From positions 2,528,001 to 2,592,000 of the forward strand of contig CAVYGB010000008.1 in NCBI GenBank assembly GCA_963767925.1: a DNA stretch of 64,000 nucleotides, given 5' to 3'. The notes under the pieces were generated by a model. That model ran no database searches. It was given only the letters and a program-made list of their open reading frames with translations, and was not told where the DNA came from. This DNA is from an uncultured delta proteobacterium. Lineage in GTDB: Bacteria > Myxococcota_A > Polyangia > Fen-1088. Positions 53,661 through 64,000 of the stretch are shown piece by piece (the stretch's first letter is position 1; each line of letters opens with the position of its first letter). The translations under genes and the position numbers were made by a program.

Positions 53661-53964
53661 GACGCCAAGTGGCCTCTGGGGGTCGGGACGGTTCAGCTCC
53701 CCCGGCGCACGGATTGCGCTCGATCCGACCGCCAGGCGGCTGCCGGGAGGCCAGCGCCCTGGCGCGACGCTCGTTCGCCGGGGCACTGCGCCTTTTCGAT
53801 AAGGCAGTTCCTCATGGCAGTCCTGCGGCCGCGACCGGGGTGTTTTCCGGCAGGAAACCGTTCGCTGGCGGCGTGGTTGGCGTAAGGTCCCCCCCGCCCC
53901 ACACCCTTTGGCCGGCGCCGGGGCCGCTCTCTCGATACCGCGCTCGGCCTGTCACGGAGGTTCA

Positions 53965-54852
53965 ATGAAACGACGTATCCTTACCCGGGCGACGATGGTC
54001 GCCCTTGCTCTCGGCGCCGGGCTCGTTGCCTGTGGATCCGATGAGCCCGCATCACCCGGCGGTTCGGCAGGCACCGGCGGCAGCGCCACCGCGGGCCGTG
54101 GCGGCTCCGGCACCCCGAGCGCGACCGGCGGGTCGGGCGGGTCTTCGGCCGGCACCGGCGGCGGCAGCGCAGGCAGCGGCGGCGCAGCGGCCGGCACCGG
54201 CGGCGGTGCGGCTGGTAGCGGCGGCGCAGGCGGCAGCGTGAACCGAGATGCGCGCACCCCCGATCGCGCTCCGGCGTCCGATGCGGCCCGCGCGGGCGAC
54301 GCGGCCCGGGCAGGCGACGCCCGCCGTGGCGACGCCGGCGGCGGCGGTGGCGGCACCGCCTTCTCCATCACGGTCGACAACGCCGGCATGAACGGCGACC
54401 GCCTCTGCTTCAAGTCCGAGGCCAGCTCGAGCGGCGGCAACCGGTCGCCTCTCATCACCTGGTCCAACGTCCCCGCGGGGACCAAGACCTTCGTGCTCTC
54501 GATGGAGGATCAGACCGGCAACCCGACGCCCCACCAGATCGTCACCGACATCCCGGCGACCGCGACGATGAACGCCGCCAACATCGGGAACACGCTCCCG
54601 ATGGGCGCCTCGGCCTGCTTCGGCCACAACCAGTCCCGCTGGTACGGTCCGGGCGCACCGGACGTCCACCGGTACGAGATCACCATCTGGGCCATCGCCG
54701 TCGACAAGCTGCCCGAGGCCTGCAGGGGCATGGGCAATGCAACGGCCGAGGCGGTGCTGGACTACCTCAAGAGCAAGCGGAACGACCCGACCATCGTGCT
54801 CGGCTCCGCCAGCCAGGTACTCTGGGGCAACGCCGCCGGCAACTGCCGCTAG
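53965..54852 (+). CDS. YbhB/YbcL (PEBP)-family lipoprotein with Gly-rich linker
   Basis: SD GGAGG; lipobox LVA-C; NRSPLITWSNVPAGTKTFVLSMED, WYGPGAP..HRYEITIWA. Confidence 0.8.
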   Translation: MKRRILTRATMVALALGAGLVACGSDEPASPGGSAGTGGSATAGRGGSGTPSATGGSGGSSAGTGGGSAGSGGAAAGTGGGAAGSGGAGGSVNRDARTPDRAPASDAARAGDAARAGDARRGDAGGGGGGTAFSITVDNAGMNGDRLCFKSEASSSGGNRSPLITWSNVPAGTKTFVLSMEDQTGNPTPHQIVTDIPATATMNAANIGNTLPMGASACFGHNQSRWYGPGAPDVHRYEITIWAIAVDKLPEACRGMGNATAEAVLDYLKSKRNDPTIVLGSASQVLWGNAAGNCR

Positions 54853-54884
54853 CAACCCCGCCTGTATGAGGGGACGGCCCCTCG

Positions 54885-54917
54885 AAGGCCGCCGGCGACC
54901 GTCCGGCGGCCTTTTTT
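54885..54917 (+). terminator. Rho-independent terminator
   Basis: AAGGCCGCCGG-CGACCGT-CCGGCGGCCTT stem-loop running into a T6 tract. Confidence 0.85.
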
Positions 54918-55029
54918 CGTTCTGGGGGAGCTTCGGACGCCGTGAGAGTGGGGGGGTCGCGGATTCCCGGCTGGCCCCCCCTCCCCTGCCCGGCCTGCGG
55001 CGGTGAGCGAAAGAGGGTAAAAGCGGACC

Positions 55030-56166
55030 ATGCTGTCGACTCTCGCCTTCTGCCTGGGATCGCTGGTGCTCACGCAGGCCCCTGCCGCTCTTCCGGTTGC
55101 ACCGCCGGCGACGGCGCCGCGGGCGGCTCGGATCGTGTCGCCGGAGGTGGCGGCGGATCGGCGGGTGACGTTTCGGCTGCGCGCCGAGCGCGCTACCGAG
55201 GTGCTGGTGCGGGGGCTGTTCTTTCAGGACCGCTTGCCGCTGGCCCGGGACGCGGCGGGGGTCTGGAGCGCCACCGTCGGTCCGGTCGAGCCGGGGCTGT
55301 ACGAATACCGCTTCTCGGTCGACGGCCTGTCGATGGTCGATCCGACGAACCCGCTGATCCAGCCGGCGACCCAGCCGGAGGTCAGCATCCTGGAGGTCCC
55401 CGGCAGCCCGCCTCTGCTGACCGAGCGGCAGGACGTCCCCCACGGCACCGTGCACGTCCACCACTACGAGGCCCGGGCGCTCGAGGGACGACCCCGGCGG
55501 GTCCACGTCTACACGCCGCCGGGCTACGAACGCGGCGGGGGCGGCCGCCTGCCGGTGCTGTACCTCCTGCACGGGTCGGGCGACAACGACGCCACCTGGT
55601 CGGTCTACGGGCGGGCCCACTTCATCTTCGACAACCTGCTGGCGCAGAAGAAGGTCAAGCCCCTGGTAGTGGTGATGACGGACGGGCACCCGCCCCGCGC
55701 CCCGGTCCCGCCCGACGGCGCCCGGCCGGACGACACGGGTCGCTTCGTGCAAGAGCTGATCGGCGACGTGCTCCCGCTTGTCGAGCGCACCTACCGGGTC
55801 CGGACCGACGCCGCCGGGCGGGCCGTCGCGGGCCTGTCGATGGGCGGCCGGCAGGCTCTCACCGCCGGGCTCAATCACCCCGACCGCTTCGGCTGGGTGG
55901 CGGCGATGAGCTCCTCCATCCCACCGGCCGAGAGCATCGCCACCGCCCTGGCCGACGGGGCCCGGATCAACAAGCAGGTCCGCTGGCTCTGGATCGCCTG
56001 CGGCGAAGGAGACTCCGGCTTCCAGCGGAACCAGGCGTTCGCCGGGCTCCTCCAGGAGAAGGGCATCCACCACGTCTGGCGGCCGAGCGCGGGGGCCCAT
56101 CAGTGGCCGGTATGGCGGGACTACCTCGTGGAGATTGCGCCGAAGCTGTTCGCACCACGGAAGTGA
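55030..56166 (+). CDS. Secreted esterase (CBM48-like N-domain plus alpha/beta hydrolase, CE1-like)
   Basis: SPEV..DRRVTFRL, GVWSATVGP..PGLYEY, VYTPPGY, PVLYLLHG.GD, nucleophile GLSMGG, GAHQWPVWR. Confidence 0.9.
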   Translation: MLSTLAFCLGSLVLTQAPAALPVAPPATAPRAARIVSPEVAADRRVTFRLRAERATEVLVRGLFFQDRLPLARDAAGVWSATVGPVEPGLYEYRFSVDGLSMVDPTNPLIQPATQPEVSILEVPGSPPLLTERQDVPHGTVHVHHYEARALEGRPRRVHVYTPPGYERGGGGRLPVLYLLHGSGDNDATWSVYGRAHFIFDNLLAQKKVKPLVVVMTDGHPPRAPVPPDGARPDDTGRFVQELIGDVLPLVERTYRVRTDAAGRAVAGLSMGGRQALTAGLNHPDRFGWVAAMSSSIPPAESIATALADGARINKQVRWLWIACGEGDSGFQRNQAFAGLLQEKGIHHVWRPSAGAHQWPVWRDYLVEIAPKLFAPRK

Positions 56167-56342
56167 GCCGTATTGGCCGGGGGAAAGGGGTCCGGCCCGC
56201 TTGACGCGGCGGTCCGGCCAGGGCTACAAAGGTCCTGTCAGTGTGGTCGTCCTCCCTACAACTGTCCAATTGTCGGTTGTAGCATCGCGTTAGAGAGCAA
56301 TTGGTTCCCCGTCCACGCGTTTCACTGAAAGGGGGCCGCAAC

Positions 56343-57901
<1,559 letters not shown>

Positions 57902-57910
57902 GCTCCGCCC

Positions 57911-57960
57911 GGACCGTCCCTGCCGTCGCGTCGCAGCGCACGGCAGGGCGGACGGTCCTT
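57911..57960 (+). terminator. Long GC-rich stem-loop after the duplicated-domain lipoprotein (terminator or stabiliser)
   Basis: GGACCGTC/GACGGTCC and CCTGCCGT/ACGGCAGG arms; only a weak T tract follows. Confidence 0.5.
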
Positions 57961-57993
57961 ACCTTCGATGCCCACCGGTCGTAAGCTCCGGGC

Positions 57994-58683
57994 GTGAGTC
58001 GAAGCGCGTCCCCTCGGCCGGCGACCGGCGTCGTGCGGTTCCTGTTCCCGCTCGCGATCGCCGGCGCGACGCTGGCCATCTTCGTGGCTCTGGCGCTCTA
58101 CCGGCCCGACGAGCAGCCGGCCAGCACGGCGCGGGCCGAAGACCCGCTCGAGCGCGCCGAGCCTGAGGCCCCCACCCGGGTGGCCCGCCCGGCGCCCGGA
58201 GCCCTCACCCGGTCGTTGCCCCGGTTCATCCAGACTCCGTCGGCCGTGGCCGGATCGGAGACCCTTAACGCCGACCTGACCGACGCGGGCAGCCGGCAGG
58301 CGGCCGAGGCGATGTTCAACGGTCAGCCGCGGGATCCCGACTGGGCCGCGCGCATGGAGCACCACCTCGCCCAGCGCCTGGGCCCCGCCGCTCTCGCGCG
58401 GCTCGGCCTGTCCGAGCTGGGGCTGCGGATCGCGGGGCTGGAGTGCCGCACCTTCGGCTGCCAGGTCGCCATCGACTGGTCCGGGGCCTCGGCCGCCCGG
58501 GTTCCCGCCGTCCTCACGCCCAACCTCGGTCCGGTTCGCCACGTGCACCGGGCCGCCCCCCTGGCCGCGGCGGTCATGCGGCGCTCCCGGGAAGAAGGAC
58601 CGGACCGGCGCATCCGCGAGAGCTTCCTGCTTTTCTATCGCGACGACCTCCGCGAGCCGAGCGCCTGGGCCGCCCACGACTGA
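57994..58683 (+). CDS. Hypothetical membrane-anchored protein
   Basis: N-terminal TM FLFPLAIAGATLAIFVALAL; C-domain RDPDWAARME...LECRTFGCQV. Confidence 0.65.
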   Translation: MSRSASPRPATGVVRFLFPLAIAGATLAIFVALALYRPDEQPASTARAEDPLERAEPEAPTRVARPAPGALTRSLPRFIQTPSAVAGSETLNADLTDAGSRQAAEAMFNGQPRDPDWAARMEHHLAQRLGPAALARLGLSELGLRIAGLECRTFGCQVAIDWSGASAARVPAVLTPNLGPVRHVHRAAPLAAAVMRRSREEGPDRRIRESFLLFYRDDLREPSAWAAHD

Positions 58684-58785
58684 GCCCGCGACCGGCGCGC
58701 TCGGAGCCGTCCCGGACAGGCGGCGGTGGTATCGGCCCGGTGGGCCGCTTGTGGCGACTATCCGCCCGTGTTAACAGGGGACGTC

Positions 58786-61700
58786 GTGCGCGAGTCAAAG
58801 GCGCCTCAGCCGGCCGCGAGCACCCGCACCCGCACCGGGTCGGAGCTGGCCCCGGCCGCGGTCGGGCCATCGATCCAGGACCTGCCGCTGTTCGACGAGC
58901 AGCGCTTCGAGATCGCCGGCGAGCACGCCCGCGGGGGCGCCGGGATGGTGCTCGAGGCGCGGGACCGGCTGCTGCGCCGGCAGGTGGCGGTCAAGCAGCC
59001 GCAGCACCTCGATCGCGGCGTGGCCCGCTTCCTCCGGGAGGCGCTCATCACGGCCCGGCTGCAGCACCCGGCCATCGTCCCGATCTACGACTTCGGGATC
59101 CGCAGCACGGGCGAGCCCTGTTATGCCATGCGCCTGGTGCCGGGGACGACGCTGCGGGAGGCGCTGGCCGGCGCGCGCGGCCTCGACGAGCGCCTGGCGC
59201 TGCTGAGCCACGTCCAGGTTGTCGCCGACGCCGTCGCCTACGCCCACGGGCAAGGCATCGTGCACCGCGATCTGAAGCCGGGGAACGTGCTGGTGGGCCC
59301 GTTCGGCGAGACCGTGGTGATCGACTGGGGGCTGGCCAAGGACCTGACCGGTGAGGCCGGCGAGATCGACTTCGCCGACGTGGGGAGCGAAACCCTCGAC
59401 AGCGGCGAGGCGCTGACCGAGGCCGGCGTGGTGCTCGGCACGCCCGGCTACATGCCGCCCGAACAGGCCCGGGGCGAGGAGGCCGACGCGCGCAGCGACG
59501 TCTACGCGATCGGCGCGATCCTCTACGCGCTCCTGGTCGGGCACCCGCCCCATCGGGGCAAGGACCCGGCCCAGGTGCTGGCCGGGCCGCCCGAGCCGGT
59601 CGAGGCCCGGGAGCCGGGGGCGCCGCGCGACCTGGTGGCCATCGTGAACAAGGCCATGGCCGCCGACCGGGCGGCCCGTTATCCGCACGCGCAGGCGCTG
59701 GCCCAGGATCTGAAGCAGTTCGCCACCGGCCAGCTCGTGGAGGCGCGGCGCTACTCGCGCTGGGCGCTGGTCAAGCGCTGGCTGCTCCGGCACCGGGCGA
59801 CCGCGGTGGTGGGGGCGGCCCTGCTGCTGGCGCTCGTCGGCGGGGCGGCCGCGGTGGTTGTCGAGCGCAACCACACCGCGGTGGAGCGAGACCGCGCCAC
59901 CGGGGAGAACAACCGGCTGCGCCTGATGCAGGCCAATGCCGTGCTCGAGCGCGATCCCACCGCGGCGACGGCCTGGCTCAAGACCCACCGGGTGGAGCCG
60001 GGCCTCGCCGCCCGGGCGGTCGAGGTGGCGGCGCGGGCGAAGGCCGCCGGGGTGGCCCGCCACGTGTTGACCCTGCCGGGCGATACCCCCCTGCAGGTCT
60101 GTCTCGCGGGCTCGGGCGAGCTGGCCGGCGTGCTCGGCCGGGACGGGGCGATCTGGCTGTTCGATCTGGTGCGGGGGACCCGCCAGCAGCTCGGCCGGCT
60201 CCCCGAGGCCCCGACCGCCTGCCTGTTCGCCCAGGGAGACAGCCAGCTCGTGGCGACCGCCGGGCGCCGGGGAGGCATGATGAGCGCGCGCCTGCCCGCC
60301 GGCCCGGTCCGGGCCCTCGACGTGCCGGGCGGCGCGGTGGCGGCGGTGCGCCCGCTGGCCGACGGGCGCCTGCTCGTCACCGGGCGCGATCGGAGGGTTC
60401 ATCTCGTGGGCCTGGAGGGCTCCCCGACGCGCCCCCTCGCCGACCTGCCCGCCGCGCTCGGCGAGATCGTCCCGGCCCCGGCGGGGCCGGCGGCCTACGC
60501 CGCCGATGGCGCGGGCGGGCTGTGGCGGATCCCGCTCGAGGGCGGGGCAGCGGCCCGCCTGGAGGTGGCGTCGGATCCGGTGCTGGGGCTGGACCTGTCG
60601 AGCGATGGACGGCAGCTCGTGCTGGCGACCCGGACCGACCTGGCGGTGCGCGACCTGGCCAGCGGCGAGACGCGCTGGCGGCGGGGCGCGCTCCCGCCGA
60701 CCCACCAGACCTGGGTGCGGGCGGCGGGGGGCGGGATCATCTTCGTTGGCGGAGAGGTCGACGACGTGAAGTGGTGGGACGGACGCGGCGACGCGGTTGT
60801 CACCCTGGGAGCCCGCAGCATCTTCAAGTCGCTCCAGGTGAGCCGCGACGGCGGCCGGGCGGCCTGGGCCGATCGGGGTGGCACCATCTTCGTCGCCGAC
60901 CTGCCCGACCAGGTCGTCCATACCCTGGTCGGGCACCACACCGCCGTGCGCTCCTTCGCGCTGAGCGCCGACGGCCGCTGGCTGGCGGCCACCCACGGCG
61001 CGGCCGTCCGGGTCTTCGCCTTGCCGCCTCCGGCCGGCGCGCGGCGGGTGGCCCTCGGCGGGCGGACCCTGGTGAAGATGCCCCCGGTCCGCACGGTGCC
61101 CGCCCGAGGGGAGGTGATCGCGGCGGTCCGCCAGCGGGAGATCGTGGCCCTCGACGCCCGCACCGGCGCGGCCCGCCCCCTGCTGACCCTGCCCGCCCCG
61201 GTCGACACCCTCGCGGTCTCGGCCGGCGGCACCCGCGCAGCGGTCCACGCCTTCGGCCACCCGGTGGTGATCGTCGATCTGGCGTCGGGCGCCCGGCAGG
61301 AGCTGGCCGCGCCGGCCAGCCGTTACCACCTCGCCTTCGCCGGCGAGGAGCGCCTGACCGGGCTCGACACCGAGGGGAACATCCACCTGTGGGAGCTGCG
61401 CGGGGGCGGTCACCGCATCCTCACCCGCATGATGTCGGCGATGGGTGGGCTGGGCGGGGTGGCCGGGTCGGCCGACGGCAGCCGCCTGCTCGCGGGATCG
61501 CTGCGCGAGGGCCTGCTCATCGACCTCGACGGCGGCCGGACGCTCCCCCTCGACTACGGCGGCGGGACCTTCTTCCGCTCCGGGATGTCCCGGGACGGCG
61601 GCAAGATCGCCATCGGGTTCGGCGATGGGCGGGTGATGTTGTGGGAGGGCCGGGACGGGCCGCCAGCGGCGCGCCTGCTGACCCGGCGGGAGGGCTTCGC

Positions 61701-62124
61701 CGTGGACCTGCTCTTCACCCGCGACGCGGGCGCGCTCGTGGTGGCCGACGAGGCCGGGGCGATCGGCCGGATCGACCTGGCGACCGGCGCGGTGACCGAG
61801 ATCGGGCGCCACCCGGCGCGCATCGTGGCCGCCAGCCTGTCGGCGTCCGAGCGCTGGCTGGCGACCGTCGACACGGCGAGCGAGATCCGCATCTGGGAGC
61901 CGGCCCGCGGTGGCCTGGCGGTCCTGCGCGGCACGGGGGATCGCAACGTGAGCTTCCTGGGCGACGACCGCCTCGTCTCGGTGGCGGGAGAGGGCTGGAT
62001 CGAGCTGCTGCCGTTCGACCCCGCCGCCCTCGTTCCGGCCGAGCCGAGCGCGCTGGCCCGCTGGCTGGGCGGGCTCACCACCGCCCAGGTGAACGACGCC
62101 GGCGAGCCGGTCTCGCCCTTCTGA
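58786..62124 (+). CDS. Hanks-type Ser/Thr protein kinase with TM helix and WD40-like beta-propeller repeats
   Basis: VAVK, FLREA, HRDLKPGN, DWGLAK, GTPGYMPPEQ, SDVYAIG; TM AVVGAALLLALVGGAAAVVV; GH...SADG.WLA repeats. Start uncertain. Confidence 0.92.
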   Translation: MRESKAPQPAASTRTRTGSELAPAAVGPSIQDLPLFDEQRFEIAGEHARGGAGMVLEARDRLLRRQVAVKQPQHLDRGVARFLREALITARLQHPAIVPIYDFGIRSTGEPCYAMRLVPGTTLREALAGARGLDERLALLSHVQVVADAVAYAHGQGIVHRDLKPGNVLVGPFGETVVIDWGLAKDLTGEAGEIDFADVGSETLDSGEALTEAGVVLGTPGYMPPEQARGEEADARSDVYAIGAILYALLVGHPPHRGKDPAQVLAGPPEPVEAREPGAPRDLVAIVNKAMAADRAARYPHAQALAQDLKQFATGQLVEARRYSRWALVKRWLLRHRATAVVGAALLLALVGGAAAVVVERNHTAVERDRATGENNRLRLMQANAVLERDPTAATAWLKTHRVEPGLAARAVEVAARAKAAGVARHVLTLPGDTPLQVCLAGSGELAGVLGRDGAIWLFDLVRGTRQQLGRLPEAPTACLFAQGDSQLVATAGRRGGMMSARLPAGPVRALDVPGGAVAAVRPLADGRLLVTGRDRRVHLVGLEGSPTRPLADLPAALGEIVPAPAGPAAYAADGAGGLWRIPLEGGAAARLEVASDPVLGLDLSSDGRQLVLATRTDLAVRDLASGETRWRRGALPPTHQTWVRAAGGGIIFVGGEVDDVKWWDGRGDAVVTLGARSIFKSLQVSRDGGRAAWADRGGTIFVADLPDQVVHTLVGHHTAVRSFALSADGRWLAATHGAAVRVFALPPPAGARRVALGGRTLVKMPPVRTVPARGEVIAAVRQREIVALDARTGAARPLLTLPAPVDTLAVSAGGTRAAVHAFGHPVVIVDLASGARQELAAPASRYHLAFAGEERLTGLDTEGNIHLWELRGGGHRILTRMMSAMGGLGGVAGSADGSRLLAGSLREGLLIDLDGGRTLPLDYGGGTFFRSGMSRDGGKIAIGFGDGRVMLWEGRDGPPAARLLTRREGFAVDLLFTRDAGALVVADEAGAIGRIDLATGAVTEIGRHPARIVAASLSASERWLATVDTASEIRIWEPARGGLAVLRGTGDRNVSFLGDDRLVSVAGEGWIELLPFDPAALVPAEPSALARWLGGLTTAQVNDAGEPVSPF

Positions 62125-62192
62125 AGCGGACCGCTCGGTCGAGCGGGGACAGGATGGCGGGTCCACGCCGTCGCGAAGAATGCGAGCGCCGC

Positions 62193-63347
62193 TCAGCGGC
62201 CCCGGAGCGCTTCGGCGGCGGCGTCGATGATGCCGTCGACCACGGGCTTCGTCGCGAGGCGGAGCTGGACGCCGAGGGTCGCGGTGGCCTCGAGGGCGAT
62301 GAAGACGCCGTAGCCGCGGGCGGTGTCGAGCCAGGGCATCGAGCCGTAGGCCCCCGGGTCGGAGACCACCCCCGGGTTGGCGCGGTCGACCCACCAGCCG
62401 AGGCCGTAGCCGGGCATGGTCGGATCCTGGGTCATGCCGCCGTAGGCCGGGCCGATGCGGTCCTGCTGGGCGCGGGCCACCGCCGCCTCGCTGAGCACCC
62501 GGGTCTCGCCGCAGGTCCCGCGCCGCAGGTGCATGAGGAGGAGCTTGGCGTAGTCGGGGACGCTGACGTGGGCGCCCCCCTCGATGCTGGGGTTCGCGGT
62601 GCGGTCGAGGTTGGCCACGCTGCCCATGAAGAAGCCCGGGTAGCCGGCGCCCGCCCGCGCGAAGGGGTTGGTGAACCCGAGGCTGGGCACCTCGCAGGGC
62701 TCGACGTAGGTCTCGCGCACGAGCTCGGCCCACGACTTGCCGCTGACAACCTCGGCGACGCCGCCGGCGAGCTGCCACTGCGCGCCCCCATAGCGAAAGC
62801 GGGTGTCCGGCGGCACGCTCCGTCCCGCGTCGGGGGCCCGGTAGATCGTCTCGGCACAACCGGTCAGGGTCGCGCCGGGCACGAACTGGCACAGGTAGGG
62901 CAGGAAGGCGGCCTCGTCGAGCAGGCCGACCAGCCCCGAGCTGTTGGACAGCAGCTGGGCCACGGTGAGGTCGGCCTTCCCCTCGCCCCAGGTCGCCAGG
63001 ACCTTCCCGATGGGTGCGTCGAGGTCGATCCGCCCCTGGTCGGCCAGGCGCTGCAAGACGCCGGCGCTCAGGATCTTCGACGACGAGGCGATCAGGAAGA
63101 GGCGGTCGCGGTCGAAGGCGCCGTACCCCTTCAGGTGCAGGACGCCGTGCGCCTCGTGAACGACGGCGGCGGTCGCGCCGGCGAGGCCCTGGGCGGCGAG
63201 GAAGCTCTCGATCGTCCGATCGAAGGCCGAGAAGTCCAGGGCGGGCGGTTCCGGGTCGGTCGCTGGTGAGGCGGATCCGCAGGCCGAGGCCGCGACCAGC
63301 AGGGCGAGACAGGCGCGGGTGGCGCCCGGGGTGGCAAGGTGGCTCAT
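62193..63347 (-). CDS. Serine hydrolase, beta-lactamase/AmpC-like family, lipoprotein
   Basis: Lipobox ASA-C; IASSSK (SxxK), LTVAQLLSNSSGL, FRYGG, YGLGWW, GAYGSMPWLD. Confidence 0.9.
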   Translation of the reverse strand: MSHLATPGATRACLALLVAASACGSASPATDPEPPALDFSAFDRTIESFLAAQGLAGATAAVVHEAHGVLHLKGYGAFDRDRLFLIASSSKILSAGVLQRLADQGRIDLDAPIGKVLATWGEGKADLTVAQLLSNSSGLVGLLDEAAFLPYLCQFVPGATLTGCAETIYRAPDAGRSVPPDTRFRYGGAQWQLAGGVAEVVSGKSWAELVRETYVEPCEVPSLGFTNPFARAGAGYPGFFMGSVANLDRTANPSIEGGAHVSVPDYAKLLLMHLRRGTCGETRVLSEAAVARAQQDRIGPAYGGMTQDPTMPGYGLGWWVDRANPGVVSDPGAYGSMPWLDTARGYGVFIALEATATLGVQLRLATKPVVDGIIDAAAEALRGR

Positions 63348-63594
63348 CGCGAGATGGACACAGCTCCCCCCCTTGGCGACAAACCCCGGGGGTACCCGGT
63401 ACCGGGCTGATGCAACACCTCCCGTTGCGCCGGGGACAACGTCGCCCCGCTGGGCCGTTCCCGGCGCCTCCTCGACGACCAGATGGACCCGTGAATTCGT
63501 TGGCTTGCTCACCGCGCCCATGTGGCGGCGCGCCACCTGCCGGTCAGGCACGGTCACTGCAGCCCAAGGGGATGCCCCCGGTGGGGGCATCGAG

Positions 63595-63897
63595 ATGGGA
63601 GTGCAGAGCAACGACGGCAGCGCCTGGAAGCCGGTCATCAGCGAGACCTACACCCACATGTGGGAGAAGAACTACGGGGTCGAGGATCGCAGCTACGGCA
63701 TCGGCGCGGTCAGCACGGACGGGGGAGCCGAGACCATGGTCGACTTTTACAGCGCCAGCGCCGCCGGCAACCACCTCCTCTGGTCGAGCCTGACGCTCGA
63801 GGCGGGGGCCCACACCTTCGAGCTGCGGGTCACCGGGACCAGGCGGGCGGCCAGCAGCGGCACCGGCATCAGCGTGGACCATGCCGATGTCTGGTAG
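63595..63897 (+). pseudogene. Probable fragment of a carbohydrate-active protein (truncated C-terminal beta-sandwich module)
   Basis: YGVED..YGIGAVSTDGGAETMVDFYS...LLWSS..L.AGAHTFELRVTGT....SSGT.ISVDHADV resembles accessory modules of glycoside hydrolases. The module's first strands, a signal peptide and a catalytic domain are missing. Confidence 0.5.
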
Positions 63898-64000
63898 CGC
63901 GGGCCACCGAAGAGCAGGGGTGCGCTGATGGCCTCTCGCCGCACGCACTCCCGGGTCCGGCCCAGACCCGGAGAGTCGATCGAGGTCCAGCTCATCGGCG

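Noticed and set aside
53770..53900. Possible c-di-GMP riboswitch or ncRNA in the divergent intergenic region
   Set aside because: Only one imperfect hairpin; the GGCAAA/GNRA-receptor architecture is not recognisable on either strand.
58795..62892. Very long antisense/alternate-frame ORFs (1365 aa here; also 32212..35727, 32343..35759, 26502..29351, 1274..3526, 45031..47637)
   Set aside because: Shadow ORFs expected from stop-codon scarcity at high GC; Arg/Pro/Gly-rich or mirror-image translations with no motifs, overlapping well-supported genes.
62193..63347. Antibiotic-resistance beta-lactamase
   Set aside because: SxxK serine-hydrolase family only; it lacks canonical YxN/KTG motifs, so resistance function is unsupported.

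Overview
A 64-kb, very GC-rich, gene-dense chromosomal segment. It most likely comes from a Myxococcota (Polyangia-like) bacterium; this is inferred from MYXO-CTERM-type tails, an AgmX/PglI-type TonB-C protein, a DUF1592/DUF1552 pair, Gly-rich-linker lipoproteins and a Ser/Thr kinase-WD40 fusion. The left end is housekeeping: the 3' end of gcvH, then gcvP, argJ, two TonB-C proteins, ttcA, lon and htrA. The rest is mostly accessory secreted or envelope functions: lipoproteins, peptidases (S8, M28, C39-like), two TonB-dependent receptors, a lytic transglycosylase, an esterase, a PAS hybrid kinase and oxidoreductases. I found no rRNA, tRNA, CRISPR array, integrase or transposase. Six genes are split by 1-2 nt indels, mostly in short G/C runs, which points to long-read consensus errors rather than real pseudogenes. 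The best candidates for undescribed systems are: (i) a small signal-peptide/Gly-motif/hydrophobic-tail protein paired with a stand-alone C39-like lipoprotein peptidase (21.5-22.4 kb); (ii) a signal-less Spy/CpxP-like gene translationally coupled to a signal-less HtrA, divergent from lon and preceded by a structured leader loosely resembling a fluoride riboswitch (10.6-12.2 kb); (iii) a strand-biased four-hairpin leader upstream of a TonB-dependent receptor (35.8-35.9 kb); (iv) a lipoprotein with an internally duplicated unknown domain joined by PAAAP x6 and (AAC)18 repeats (56.3-57.9 kb); (v) a multi-palindrome REP/BIME-like array at 4.3-4.5 kb. All family assignments come from motif recognition by eye; no database searches were run.
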